DNA of 63,032 nucleotides, counting the filler, from Folioceros fuciformis (taxonomy: Eukaryota): the NCBI GenBank assembly GCA_049999805.1. It is 6 parts of 6 records of this genome, joined end to end, with 100 filler letters (N's around TTAATTAATTAA, not from the genome) between each part and the next. Parts side by side here need not be neighbours in the genome. Positions count along the whole stretch, not along the records: positions 28,904 to 43,060 come from JBNGIO010004549.1; positions 43,161 to 52,099 come from JBNGIO010004550.1; 4 more parts are not named here. One strand, given 5' to 3'. Made by a program: the position numbers and the translations under genes. How positions within the stretch are numbered: position 1 is the stretch's first letter; each line of letters begins with the position of its first letter. This document shows, one piece after another, positions 35,865 to 48,355 of this stretch. The notes beneath the pieces are model-generated. The model saw only the letters and a program-made list of their open reading frames with translations, was not told where the DNA came from and searched no databases.

Positions 35865-38800
35865 TTGAGTTCTCCCGCATTGTCGGAGCGAATACACCAA
35901 AGTTTACAGCCAATATGTAATTCAGCCATAGTAGCAAAGGGTGAGAACACATTAAACGAGTCACTCTTTAGACGGATAGGAAACGCAAACGTATATCGAC
36001 TGAAGTCATCCACAACAGTCATAAAGTGATTTGCTCTGCCTAAAGACGAGACGGGGAGAGGACCACATAGATCTACGTGGACCAAATCAAAAGGTGCCAA
36101 AGATTGACGAGCAAAAAGAGTAGGATAAGGGGAACTTCTCTGTTTAGCAAGGACACAAGCTTTGCAGAGAGGCTGTGTTGACGGAAGCTTAGGAAGTTTA
36201 TCCCGATACAAGTCCTACTGGGAGGTGGCAAGCAGTTGAGCAAGGTTGAGGTGCCCGAGCCGACAATGCTACAAGAGAGCTGCACCTGGATGCAAGCTCC
36301 TATGAGGCTGGTCTCCGTGAGAGGAAACCACTGTAGAGGCAGCCGCTGAAAGCACGGACTTGCCTGAAAAGACATAAATCATGACAAGGACAACCTTTAG
36401 CAACAATGACCCGTGGGTTAGAAGTCCGAGATAATAGACAGTCTCCAAGGCCAAAGTCAAGGCGAAAGGATTTGTCCCGCACGAGCTGTCTAACATAGAT
36501 AATATTCTTGGCCATCTGGGGAACATGTAGCACATTAGTAAGAAACAAAAGGAACCATCATCCAAAGTGAAGGTGACGGAACCATGTCCCGCAATAGAAA
36601 GACTAGAGTCATCCCCAAGCAGTACAAAACGCTGAGTATCAGCAGACGCTGCATACGTAGCGAACATTGACTTGTGGCTACAGATATATGCTGACGCGGC
36701 AGAATCTATTAGCCATGAACTCTTAAACTCAAAGGTCATAAGACAAACAGTGAGAGCAACGCCAAGGTTAGAATGGTTCTTGGCCTTAGTCGAAATCTCC
36801 ACGGTATTTGCTGTGCAAGGTTCGCGCTTGGCCTCACCAGCTTGCTTCTTCCTACACCCCCTTTCCCAGTGACCTGGTGACTGGCACTAGTTGCACGTAC
36901 CTTGCCACTTTGGTGTCTTCGACGAAGAGGGTGCTGAGGAAGCAGGCTTAGGAGTACCTGTAGAGTTATTCCTTCAATTGTTATTATTATTAGAATTCTT
37001 ACGCTGCAATTGCCGTCCTTTGGAGACAAACATGACCCTCTCTCCTCCATGTTTGGAAGTCCAGACGTTGAACCTGGCAGACTCCCCCTGAAGGAGTGCT
37101 CCAGCGATCTCGTACATGGTGATGTTGGGTACCATACCCAACTACGCAGCCTGATGTGCATTTCTCACCGTTTGGTTTTGTGAGGAGACAAATGTCTGGT
37201 AGCTAGCCGGGAGGCTAGCCAATAACTGAACAACAGCTTCAAATTCAATGATGGTTGTCCCAAGAGCAGCAAGTTGGGCTCGCAAATATCGAAACTTGCT
37301 AACGTGCTGAGCAATGCTGTCATTGGGGGCCATGCACAAAGAAGAGAATTCCAGGCATACCATGACCAGCGTCATCACGTTAGTGGACTGATAGATGTCA
37401 GTGATTTGCTTCCAAGCTTCAGCACATGTGGACGCACCGCACCATTCATGTGATGTAAGGTAACCTCATCGAGGCCAGAGATCAACATCTGCATAGCCTA
37501 TTAACCTTGACGAACCCAAGCATCAATGGCAGCCAGATTAGCAGTGGGCTTGGGAATGGTTCCTTCCACGATGGGGAGAAGATCCCTAGTGTTGAGCGTA
37601 GTCTTCATGTGCTTCGACCACACCTCAAACTTCGTACCATTAAATCTATCCTTTTCCTTGAAGTCAGTATTGATATTAACGATGTTGAAGTAAGGTTGAA
37701 GTGGTGAAACTTGGTGGTGGGTTACCGGTTTGCCCACCTAGAGGTAGTGTGGGTGGTGACGGGGGTCCTGATCCTGGTCTTGGAGACCCAAGGAACCCCG
37801 ACCCAAAGGTAGAAGCGTTGACATCTCTTGTGGATTTTAAACCAATGCGTAAGCCGTCAATACGTTATGACACAACGTTGAGAGTACGAGTGAAAGAAGA
37901 ATCACAAGAAATTATGTAATAAAAGTATTACCCTTTGTCTTCTGGGATCCACCCACCACAGTTATTTCCTCCCTTCCTTCAAGTGATCTAAAGGAGAGGA
38001 GGAGAAGGCTTGGTGACTTCAGCGCTCTCAGAGCTGACACTCCCTTGAAATTCTTGAATTTGGGTTGCCAGGTGGAGAAGATCTTCGTTGGCCTTGGCCA
38101 CTAATTGCTAGAGAGCAAGAAGTTTGGCAAGCCGTGTTCGTGGATCGAATGAACCAAGAGAGTCTCCATACGAAGCATAAATTTCTTCAATGGATTTCTA
38201 GTGAGGATGCACCCGCATTGCCAAACCGCGATGAGGAAGAGGCAAAGGATCGGCCTCGATCTTCATGGGTGCAAGGTTGAGTCCTTCTCCAGTTAAAGCC
38301 ATAGGAAAAATAGAGGTAATTCCTTGTTGTGCCGGAAAATTGCCATGAAGGGGTGCCAACAAGTGTGAAGAGGCACAAAAATGGGATTGGTGCCAAAATC
38401 AGCCGCATTCATACTGGTTCATGGATAAAAACAAACCCACCTCCACAAAATAACAAGTCAAAACGTTGTTTTGGGGCTGTCGCACCCATTCAGGGGTCGC
38501 GCACCGGTTTGCAAGTGTGTGCACCTCCCTGTATGCAGGATGAGCGTCCTGGGCGCAGCTCTCCACCGCGACCGCAATGGTCCTGTCCTTCTTATGCTAA
38601 ACTACAATCTCGTCTATTGTTGTAGGAGGCATGGAAGTTGTGGATGGTTGTTTTGGTGTTCCATCTACCACAAACATTAGATTGTGCTCCTCTAGGAGCG
38701 TGGTGATGTGCATTTGCCATGCGTCGAAGTCACTTCCATTGAAGCGATCTCTATCGCAAAACTCAATCTTTGATGTGACTATTGAAGGTGTTGGGGCTAC

Positions 38801-39418
38801 TAGAGTGGTCATTGCTTGCTGCTGGCAAAGCTTATCAATTTTCTTGCCCAAGACATTCTAGGCATGAGTCTTAAGGGGATAGAAAGATAGCATCTACATG
38901 AAGGGGTTTCTAAACTAGGTAAGAGACACCTGCCATACCTACACGTGGAGATACATTGTGATCTTGCTGACTGCAAGGTGCAGCGCTTCTAATTGTGATT
39001 CTATATGGGAGAGTTGGATCATGAGGCAATCTTGTGTGGAAGAAAATCTAGAGGCAAGTGTGTAAGAGAAATCATTAGATTGGGTTGGTACAAGAATTGA
39101 CCAAGTGTATGTGTTTGGATTTCTTGTTGGACGTGATTGAGGACCCCTGCGTCTTTGCACGAGTGGGGGTTGGTTGCGTCTAGCGTGATTGCTCAGGCAT
39201 TCTCCCAGTCCTTGCAGATGCGCTGATACCGTTGGGGCACAATGCTAATGGGTACGTAGCTTGTTGGTGTGCGCCTTCTGGGCATTTTGCTTGTTCTAAG
39301 ATTTCTATTGCTAATTGTTACTGGCATGTTGTGGGGCCATAGCGCAAGATTGTAAGGAACCAGGCACGAGGCACGGAGGTGACGCCGAATAGCGCAAAGT
39401 AGAATGGCTCTAATACCA
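35865..39418 (-). mobile_element. Host Ty1/Copia element (gag, protease, N-part of integrase); PBS-like site at 39406-39418; second gag-like fragment at 38597-38851
   Basis: FKEKDRFNGTKFEVW, WLIDSAASAYIC and LVHVDLCGP...IRSDNAGEL, which continues in frame at 29386. Confidence 0.85.
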
Positions 39419-39857
39419 TAAAGTGGGACATGAGATGCAATTAGAGGAGATGAGGTTTCATTAGACTGATCGTCTCTCATACAATTTGCCTCAATCGTAT
39501 TATGGTTGTAATGCATAACTGTAAGTTTGAGTATAACTACTTAAACCGATTATCGGTTAATGTTATGAGAAACGATTAAGCAGCTCATAACCCAAGCTCG
39601 TTATACCACGTTAGCATTAACATCCTAAATGTTACCTTGAAGGGGTGCACCTTTTCCGAAAGGGTGTCCCCAACACTATTTAAGTGACTCTATTGTTTGT
39701 ACTTATTTTAATGCTCTTAATAGTAAAGATATGGCTTTTGTGCAAAGCTAGCTACTTCCTACTAATAGGAAAATTCACATGGTATCAGAGCTATGATCCA
39801 CATGGCTTTTGATTATGGCTAGAAGAGCAACTTTGTAAAAGAAACCATGCACCATAT

Positions 39858-40719
39858 TGTTGTAGGGTTATTAAAGCCCAATGTACTTAGACTAATGTGT
39901 TTAGTCTAAGATTAGTATCTAGTTAAGTATCATTTATTTAAATTAGCTTAAGCTAATCTGTAGGAAGCTTCTTGCGCAGCTTCCTATACGCTTCTTGTGA
40001 AGCTTCCTTGGGAGCTCCTCTAGAGGGTATAAATACCCCCTTAAGCTTCCTTGCAATTGAGACTTTGAGTGAGAGTGTGAGACCTCTCTTTCTCCTCTCT
40101 TCCTTGCTTCCTCCTCTCCTCCTTCACCATGTGGCTCCTCTAGTGATCCTTCAACTGGTATTAGAGCTTGGATTGTGGAGCAAGAGTGATGGCTCTAGGT
40201 GATGTGGACAAAGGCGCAAAGCAGTGAGGAAGGGCATCTAGGAGGAACGCCGGTGCGCGAGCGCTGGGCGCCAAGGGCGCCAGCCATGGGCGCAGGGCGC
40301 AAGCACAGGCGGAGGCGTTTGCCCCGGTCGTAGCGCCATAGGCGCCAAGCCCCCCAGGCGCCACGGGCGACTGACACGAGCACTGGCGCAGACGCCAGAC
40401 GAGGGCACCGGAGGGCATCGCAGGCCTCGGAGAGCGGGCGCTTGCAAGAGTGCGGGTGCCGAATCAATCCTGCCGTGCGGCGCTGGGATCAATCCAAAGC
40501 CGTGGGCGGCCAGATTTCGTTCAAAGGACTTAGGCCCGTCATGCCGGCCTGAATTGTGGACAACTGATTCAGAACAAGGCGTGAGGGTAACTATCAAAAT
40601 GTATAGTCCATTCCGTCAGTTTCTAACTAGACTTTTGCTTGATTTACATCAATTTTGAATCATGACGTTCTCAGAAAACCTCATGTTCAATATCGAGAAG
40701 TCAGATGGTACTAACTTCC
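39858..40719 (+). mobile_element. Copia 5' LTR (~39858-40153), PBS 40156-40168 and gag start, truncated by a further insertion
   Basis: The LTR is homologous to ~48080-48352 (minus). PBS tggtattagagc; gag start MTFSENLMFNIEKSDGTNF. Confidence 0.75.
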
Positions 40720-43060
40720 TGTATAGGGCTATTATGATTATCATTTTAATACCCCTTCATTAAGAGTCATGTCCCTTAGTGAAAGGTTATGTCTGTTCAT
40801 AACAACTTAAGTTCAGTTAGCCACTTTTGATAAGTGCTGTCATTGTAATATTCTTTTATCAATAATGTAATTGTATAATATAGCAATTGATCTACTCCAA
40901 TTCATTTCAATATTTGTCATGGTATCAGAGCCATGCTTTGGTGTAGATTGCATTCATAAGAATGCACATTAAATTCTGCACAATTTGATGTGCAGATGGA
41001 TCAATTTGGTTGTTGTTTTCTTTTAAGGAAAATGTTTTAAAAACATATCAAAAAAGTATTTTATAGTTTTTCTTTGGATTTTATTTTGAAATTTTGCATT
41101 TCTAGGAGTTTGTTGTAGAGCATCTATTGACAGATTGCATCTTTGCATTCTGACAATAGGCAAGCTAGAACAACTGCCAGAATTGGCAAAAATTCTATTA
41201 TAGAATCATAATACAAAATTTTAAAATGTTTCTTAATACACAATAAAATACAAAATTGGCAAAATGAATGGCCAATTTGGTGGACAGGCAGCGATGGCGG
41301 CCACGCCCTACTGAATGAAATCGACAGAGGGATGTCTACATAAGACAATTGGCACAAGAGGACAAGCTAACAATTGCTAAATCAGTCTACCAACAAACCC
41401 TGGAGTGAATTCTTCAAACTCAAGATCAGCCTAAGCGCACTCGTGTCATAAGGGAGTCGTATAATAATCTTCTTGATGCTATCTTCCCTCAACAACGTCA
41501 CCTGTTGCTTGCTCAACCACTCAGGAATCCTACTAATCTTCCTTTGGTCGGAAATGGTAACCCTAGAGGTTTTCTAACCACACACATATCACCACATATT
41601 GGTGTGTCACAATTGAATGCTAGGATAGAAACACATCAACAGCATGTTGATGAGAGTTTTCAGAGCATCTGTCACAAACTTGCTTTAGTTAGTGTTGACT
41701 TGCAAGAATTGAAGGAACAAATAGTACATTTGGATTTTAAGTTACTAACCTTATTGAAACCTGCCTTGCTTGCAAATCCTGCTCTTAGAGGGATTGCATG
41801 CAAGCGTGCAAATAAGAAATATAACTTACATACCTTCGATGCACCAAATTCCTGTGCTTCGTGCTCTACCTATGCATTTAATATATTAGAGATTAGAAAT
41901 CAAAGTATATCACATTGAGTAGCAAACCAATCTGCCATCTTACCTGTGGTAGATCACTTTGCAAACCCTCTGTAGATAGGGCTGCTGCTGTAGCCTATCT
42001 AAGATGCAACAGTAGCATCTTACTGCTCCCCTGCTTTTTCTATTACCAGGATTGTGTACCTTATCAAGATAGGTCACAGATTTGCACACAGCCAACATCC
42101 TAACAGTTAGGACAGGATTTCCAGAATCCTAAAATGGCTGACACCACTAACTGAGTCGTGATGGGTTTAAAGAGAAAGACCAGTTTGGGGGGGTAGACTA
42201 TGACATTTGGGTCATGCGTATGCGTGGAGCCCTGCAAAATAAAAGACTTTGGAAGATAGCCACTGGAGAGGAAATACTCCCTGGCTCTTCTTCCCCTGAA
42301 GCTACCCCTTCTTCTGCTAAATCAAGATACCAAGAGGCTTGGTACATTAAGGATGAAGCTGCAATGTATTTAATAAGAAGTGGACTAACCTCTGACATGC
42401 TTAGACTGACATCTGGATGCAAAACATCTACTCAAATTTGGTCCAGGTTACAAGATCTGTATGCAGGTGTAAATACCACAAGTCAAATGACTGCCCTTCG
42501 AAATATACAAAATTGCAGAATGAGAGAGGGGGATACAGTTGAAAAACATATTGGGCACTTTAGAACATTTGTTTCTAAATTAGAAAGTGCTTCTCAGGAA
42601 ATTCTTAGTGATGAAATACTTACCTTGTATTTCATGATGTCTCCTCCTGACTCCTGGTCACATTTTGTGACCTCATACAATGCCTTTCAACTTCAGGGTG
42701 CTAAGATTGCTAAGGCTGCAAATGTCACTATACCACAAACAACATTTTCAGAGTTAGTGGGAGCTCTTCTTCAAGAAGAAGCAACAAGAGGTCAAAATAA
42801 GCGTGCTGGCAAGCAGCAGGCTCTTTACACCACAAACAAAAACAAAGGTGCAATGTTCGGGTAGAACCATGGTTAGAGTGCAAAAAGGAAAACAAAGCAA
42901 AGGTCTAATTGAGAACATAAACATAATACCATACAAGTAAAGTAGGTTTGTGTGTTCTAAGTACTTCTATCTAGGCAACCCTACTCAAGGTGTCTTTTGG
43001 ATGTATGACTATAACAATATATTTCTAAACCCTAAGCCGTGCCAGCTTATATATTTAACA
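40720..43060 (+). mobile_element. Copia element: 200-bp LTR 40720-40919 (TG...CA), PBS 40920-40932, gag ~42140-42864
   Basis: tggtatcagagcc directly after the CA. UBN2-type gag MRMRGALQNKRLWKIATG...MREGDTVEKHIGHF. Confidence 0.8.
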
Positions 43061-43160
43061 NNNNNNNNNNNNNNNNNNNNNNNNNNNNNNNNNNNNNNNN
43101 NNNNTTAATTAATTAANNNNNNNNNNNNNNNNNNNNNNNNNNNNNNNNNNNNNNNNNNNN

Positions 43161-45600
43161 GAAATTCCTCTCCTCCCTCCGTTGCCGATTACTGAGGATG
43201 AGGACAAACTCCCATTCAACCCACCCCTGCGACTCCTCCTCCGTCAGTTCCTCCAAGATTGCCTCAGAATAGCAGTGAGGCAGCCCCCATACCCGCCAGC
43301 GGTAGTAGTAGATGCCCTTGCGGGTCTTCAGTTGTAGGCCGTAGCCCCACGTCCCTCCCCTTCCTCCCTTGGGCTACTTCGAGCTGCCTGACCCTTGCTC
43401 TCATGGGGTACCTAAGAGTCCTCCATTCCTCCGGCTGCTACTGCTTCATCCAGCTCTATCCGCCTGGTGCGAGTCGCCCTCCTGGAATGCCTGGGCACAT
43501 GCTCCGGCTACTAGGGTCGTGACTTCGGCTACCAGGGTCGCACCACCCCTTCCAGTAGCCCCTTCAACTACCTCGGGCGGCACGAGACTACCGGTATCCC
43601 CGCTGACTACCGGTTATGATACGCGACTACCGGTAGCCCTTTCGGCTACCAGTTCTGAAATTGGACTTCCGGTAGCCCCTTCGGCTACCAGCGTCACCGT
43701 CAGGCCACAGCGCCCGGCCTTGCCCTTCCCTTTTACTAGCTCCCTGGCCTCATCCCGCTCCCGTTTGTACCTGTCCGCCAGCTTTTGGGCTTGTTCCATC
43801 ATAGCCATCTCCTGCTCCTAAGCCTCAGCCAACTCCTACTGAATTTCCAAATTAGTCTCATGGGCTACCCTCACCTGAGCTAGGAGCGACTCATGTTGCT
43901 CCATCAGCACCTGGATTTCTGCCTTGGCCTAGCGCGCCTCTTCTTCTGCTTGTGCCTTGCCCTCGCTCAGGACCCGCCGCTCTTCTTCCAAGAGCTACCG
44001 TGCCGTTTTAGACTCCGCCACTTGTCTCCAGGCTTCGGAATCCTTTCCTCTTGCCTCTGCCTCCCCACTTCGAGCCTCGGCCTCCTTCTCCACCTGCCTG
44101 CTCAGCCAGGTCAATGCCCTAGCCACCTGGTCCAACATGTCCGCTTGTGCTTGCACCATGGCTGAGGTTAGTCCTGGCAAATCCACCTCCTGCAACCCTA
44201 GTGGAGCCATTCCTCTCTTTGTTATTTGCCTCCCCAGCAGCGCTCGTATCTTCTCCAGCTCCCCTGCCTGCAACCTATCCACCTGAGGAATTTTCCTAAA
44301 AACATCTTGCCATTCTGAGAAGACTCCTTGCTTCGGAGCGTGCCCTAATTCACTCCTTCCCTCAGGAGGGGCAACTTCCATCGCCGGCATCTGCTCCTGG
44401 GGTGCTTCTAGTACCTCTTCGTTCGGTTCCTGCTTTGCCGACTCTTGGTCTGCTGGTTCTTGGACAGCTCCCTGCTCCCCCTCAGCCTGTTCCAGGCCTA
44501 CCTCCTGTGACACTGACCCGCTTCCTTTTCTGACAATCTAACCACTGGCCCGTCTCCTCTTGGCGGGAGCCTTTTTCCCTGACCCTGCCTTTCTCTTCTG
44601 CCTGGCTGGGGTCCCTTCCTCCGAACTATCCGCATCGCCTGACTGCCAACTGCTGGAGTTGGCTCCCGCTGGCTCGGCGGGCTTCCACTTTACATCTTTT
44701 ATTGGCCTCCACATGTGCAGTGAGGCGAGCACCTCCAACTTAGACACGAGATTAGCATAGCAGTAGATATGAATTAGAAAGGGAGAAATCATTGAAGGTC
44801 GGGGAGATGACAGGGTTAGATTCTGCCTGTCCTCGTCCATCCTGGCATACAGGATTTTCCCCCAGTCCACCTTGCTTCCCTTGACCACCTCATGCACAAA
44901 CAGGAGCATCTGGTCGGACAGATAATCCTACTTGCAAACCTGCAGGAAACATAGGAACCACCTGGCCAGACCCATTAGCTGAGGGTTGGCCATGTCGCGG
45001 ACCATCCACCCGTTGGCTTCCTTCTTGGTGCTTGGCTTGAGTAGCCCTTCGGCCTCCGCCGTACCACTTCGTTTCTTCAGGGACTCCAGCACCAGTCCCC
45101 CCTCCTCCTGCTGGTCACGGCCATACACTCGCCTTACCAGCTCCAAGTTCCATGCTTGGGGTCTCTCGCAAATTCCCCCTTCTCGGACAGGCTCTCTCAT
45201 TTTCAGGGCACACTCCCTAACCAGCTGCGGTGCCGCATGATTCCACCTCTAGGTCATGAACCCTAGGCCTAGTTTTCCGACCAATCCTCCGGCTCTAACC
45301 CTCCAATGCTCCATGTTGGGCCACAGGAGCATGTCAATCCTCGGTACAGGGGAGTCTCCCTCCTGCTCATGTACCATTACTCCCCGTAGCAACTTTGGCC
45401 GTGACCTCATCCTGCATAATTCTTCCCCGTAATCCGAACCTTGCTGCCCTCCTGCGCCTGTGGTCGCCGGCGCTCTCCGCCCGCTCTACTATACTGCCTA
45501 AGCTTCCGCCCCCTCCGGTCGTCGTCGCGCTTCGCGGCTACTCCCGCTCCTACTCCAACTCGCGAAAGTTTCTGCTTCAATTACTACCCAAGTCCTCCCC
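43161..45600 (-). mobile_element. Degenerate accessory ORF (with coiled-coil region) of a probable Gypsy-type LTR element
   Basis: A long frame broken by stops: RPQAWNLELVRRVYG...NGWMVRD...KVDWGKIL...ISPFLIHIY, followed by E/A/R-rich coiled coil. It lies next to the LTR-like sequence at 45803-46057. Confidence 0.55.
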
Positions 45601-45802
45601 TGATTCACCCTAGGGTTTTATGTTGCCGTTCCTGTTCCACTACCGCAAGTTGAGCTACCGCCGGTTTCCCTTCCACAACGGTCGCCCAACTGGCTACTGT
45701 CTNNNNNNNNNNNNNNNNNNNNNNNNNNNNNNNNNNNNNNNNNNNNNNNNNNNNNNNNNNNNNNNNNNNNNNNNNNNNNNNNNNNNNNNNNNNNNNNNNN
45801 NN

Positions 45803-46057
45803 GGGGGGGGGGGGTACGTATATAGACACCTGAGTGCCCCCGCACTACCAAGGGCCAAGGACACCCTCGCCCACACTTCTCCTTGGTCCTGTCACTCAAT
45901 TCTATCAAATCACCAAGGGCCAAGGACCCTTTTGGGTATAAATACCCAAGTATTATTTCCATACTAAGCCGATCCATTCGTATCTTCACAAAAAAAAAAC
46001 ACAACCTGTTCATTCTGTTCTTCAAAATGGAAGTCCCGAAAGTTTTTTTCCTCTACA
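45803..46057 (-). mobile_element. LTR end of an element inserted in a Copia integrase; same family as 51803-52099
   Basis: The minus strand starts TGTAGAGGAAAAAAACTTTCGG and aligns to TGTGAACGAAAAAAACTTTCAG at 51803. Confidence 0.75.
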
Positions 46058-48355
46058 ACGTCATTGCTGCAAACAACCTTCTTGGCTTCTAGATCACATA
46101 AACGGTATGCCATCTCACTACAGTCACCATAGCCAAGAAAAATACATTTTCTGGACTTGGGTGCCAACTTGTCCCGAAACTCCTTTGGAACATGGCAATA
46201 TGCCTCGCAGCCAAACACTCGTAGATGCTTGTAAGACAGCTTCTTTCCAGACCACAGCTCCTCTGGAACCTGCTCATCCATAGCCTTATTAGGAGATCTG
46301 TTAATAAGATGCACCGCAGTAGACACTGGTTCTGCCCAAAATCCGTTAGGCAATCTGGAGTTTGACAACAAACTACGTATCCTCTCTTAGATGGTCCTGT
46401 TCATCCGTTCATCCACACCATTCTGGGGAGGAGTATATGGGGCAGTCAATTCTCTCTTGATTCCCTTGGAATCACAGAATGACTGGAAAGCCTTGGAAAC
46501 ATACTCTCCACCATTGTCTGTCCTTAGACATTTTAGTTGGAGGCCAGACTGATTCTCCACAAGGGTAACGAATTTTTGAAACACTATTAGAACATCATCC
46601 TTTTTCCTCAAAGGATATACCCACACCTTGCATGAGAAATCATCTATGAAAGCGACAAAATAGGATGCACCGCCTAATGATACAGTGGGCATAGGTCCAC
46701 AAACGTCACTGTGAACCAATTCAAGAGGTTTACTTTTGTGTTTACCTCTTGCTCCATGTGGTGACTTCGTCTGTTTCCCATCCAAACAGTGCTCACACAC
46801 GGAGAAATCGGAGAAGTCAAAAGCAGGGATCTAACCAAAACGAGATAAGATCTTCATTCCTCTTTGAGACATATGTCCCAATCGACAATGTCACAAGGAA
46901 ACATTTGGCTGTTCCATTACATAAATCACATGATCCTTAACAGTGGTTACCTAAAGTGAGTACAAAGTGCTACACTTCGATCCACGAGATAACACAAGAG
47001 AACCTTTGGAGATCTTCCAAGAATGGTCCCTAAACCAACAGTGGTAGCCAGCGTCATCTAACTGCCCTGCGCTAATCATGCTTTTTGTCAACTTCGGAAC
47101 ATGCCTAACATCCTTCAGTATGAATGAAGATCTGTTGTCAAACTTCAGCTGCACATCACCAACTACTGCAATCTCACATGCGTAGTTATTTCCAAGTCGA
47201 ACACATCCTTTCCTAGTAGCATCATAGGTGCTAAACCACTCCCTATGCGGAGTAACATGGAAAGATGCTCCAGAGTCAATTATCCAATTAGATTATAAGT
47301 GACTATCCATGGCTATCAATTGTGCAAAATCGAAGGAAGAAGAGATAAGAACATCTCCCTCATCAACAGAATTCACCTCATCAGGCTTGATACTCGGAGT
47401 TGCCTTGTTGTCGTTCTACTTCTTCTCCTTTCTTTGTCCTTCTTGAACTTCTTGCAGTCCCTTCTGATGTGACCCTTTTTGTGACAATGGTAACACTCAA
47501 CATTGTTACGACTACGAGATTTGCTACGGGAAAGGCTTCGCTCCTTGTACTTCCCCTTTGAAGTGGACCTTCCTCTCACCATGAGGGCATTGGAACCTTT
47601 TGAAGGTTCCATATTCTTCCTGTTCACCTCTTTTGTTAACAGGGTACCTTCTACATTTACAATGGTGAGACCACTAGCAGGAGTGGAATTACTCAAAGCT
47701 ATACGAAAGGTGTCCCAACTCTCTGGTAATGTGACCAACAGAAACATAGCTCTCACAAAATCTGGGAATGAGATACCTAGATCCTGNNNNNNNNNNNNNN
47801 NNNNNNNNNNNNNNNNNNNNNNNNNNNNNNNNNNNNNNNNNNNNNNNNNNNNNNNNNNNNNNNNNNNNNNNNNNNNNNNNNNNNNNAGTTAGAAATGGCC
47901 GAAATGTAATGTAGATTATGAAATTTACCCTCACACCTCGTTCCGAATCGGCTGTCCACAATTCAGGCCGCCACAATGGGCCTAAGTCCGATTCTGGCCC
48001 ACCTAGCATTGGGAGACTAATTCGACCGTTTGCGGCCGAAATTCGGTCACTCACGACTAGAGTGTCCTGTCCTCTGATACAAGTTGAAGGAACGCTATAG
48101 GAGCCACATGGTGAAGGAGGAGTGGAGGAAGCAAGGAGGAGAGGAGAAAGTGAGGCCTTAGACTCTCACTGTCTGTCAATATTGCAAAAGAGCTCAAGGG
48201 GGTATTTATACCCTCTAGAAGAGCTCCCAAGGAAGCTTCACAAGAAGCACACGGGAAGCTGCACAAGAAGCTTCCTACATATTAGCTTATGCTAATCTAA
48301 ACAAATGATACTTAACTAAACAGTAATCTTAGACTAAACACATTAGTCTAAGCAT
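46058..48355 (-). mobile_element. Tnt1/Tork-like Copia (partial LTR, gag, protease, integrase), degenerate
   Basis: CYHCHKKGHIRRDC, WIIDSGASFHVTP, LELVHSDVCGPM, LRTDNGGEY and TPPQNGV. Confidence 0.9.
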
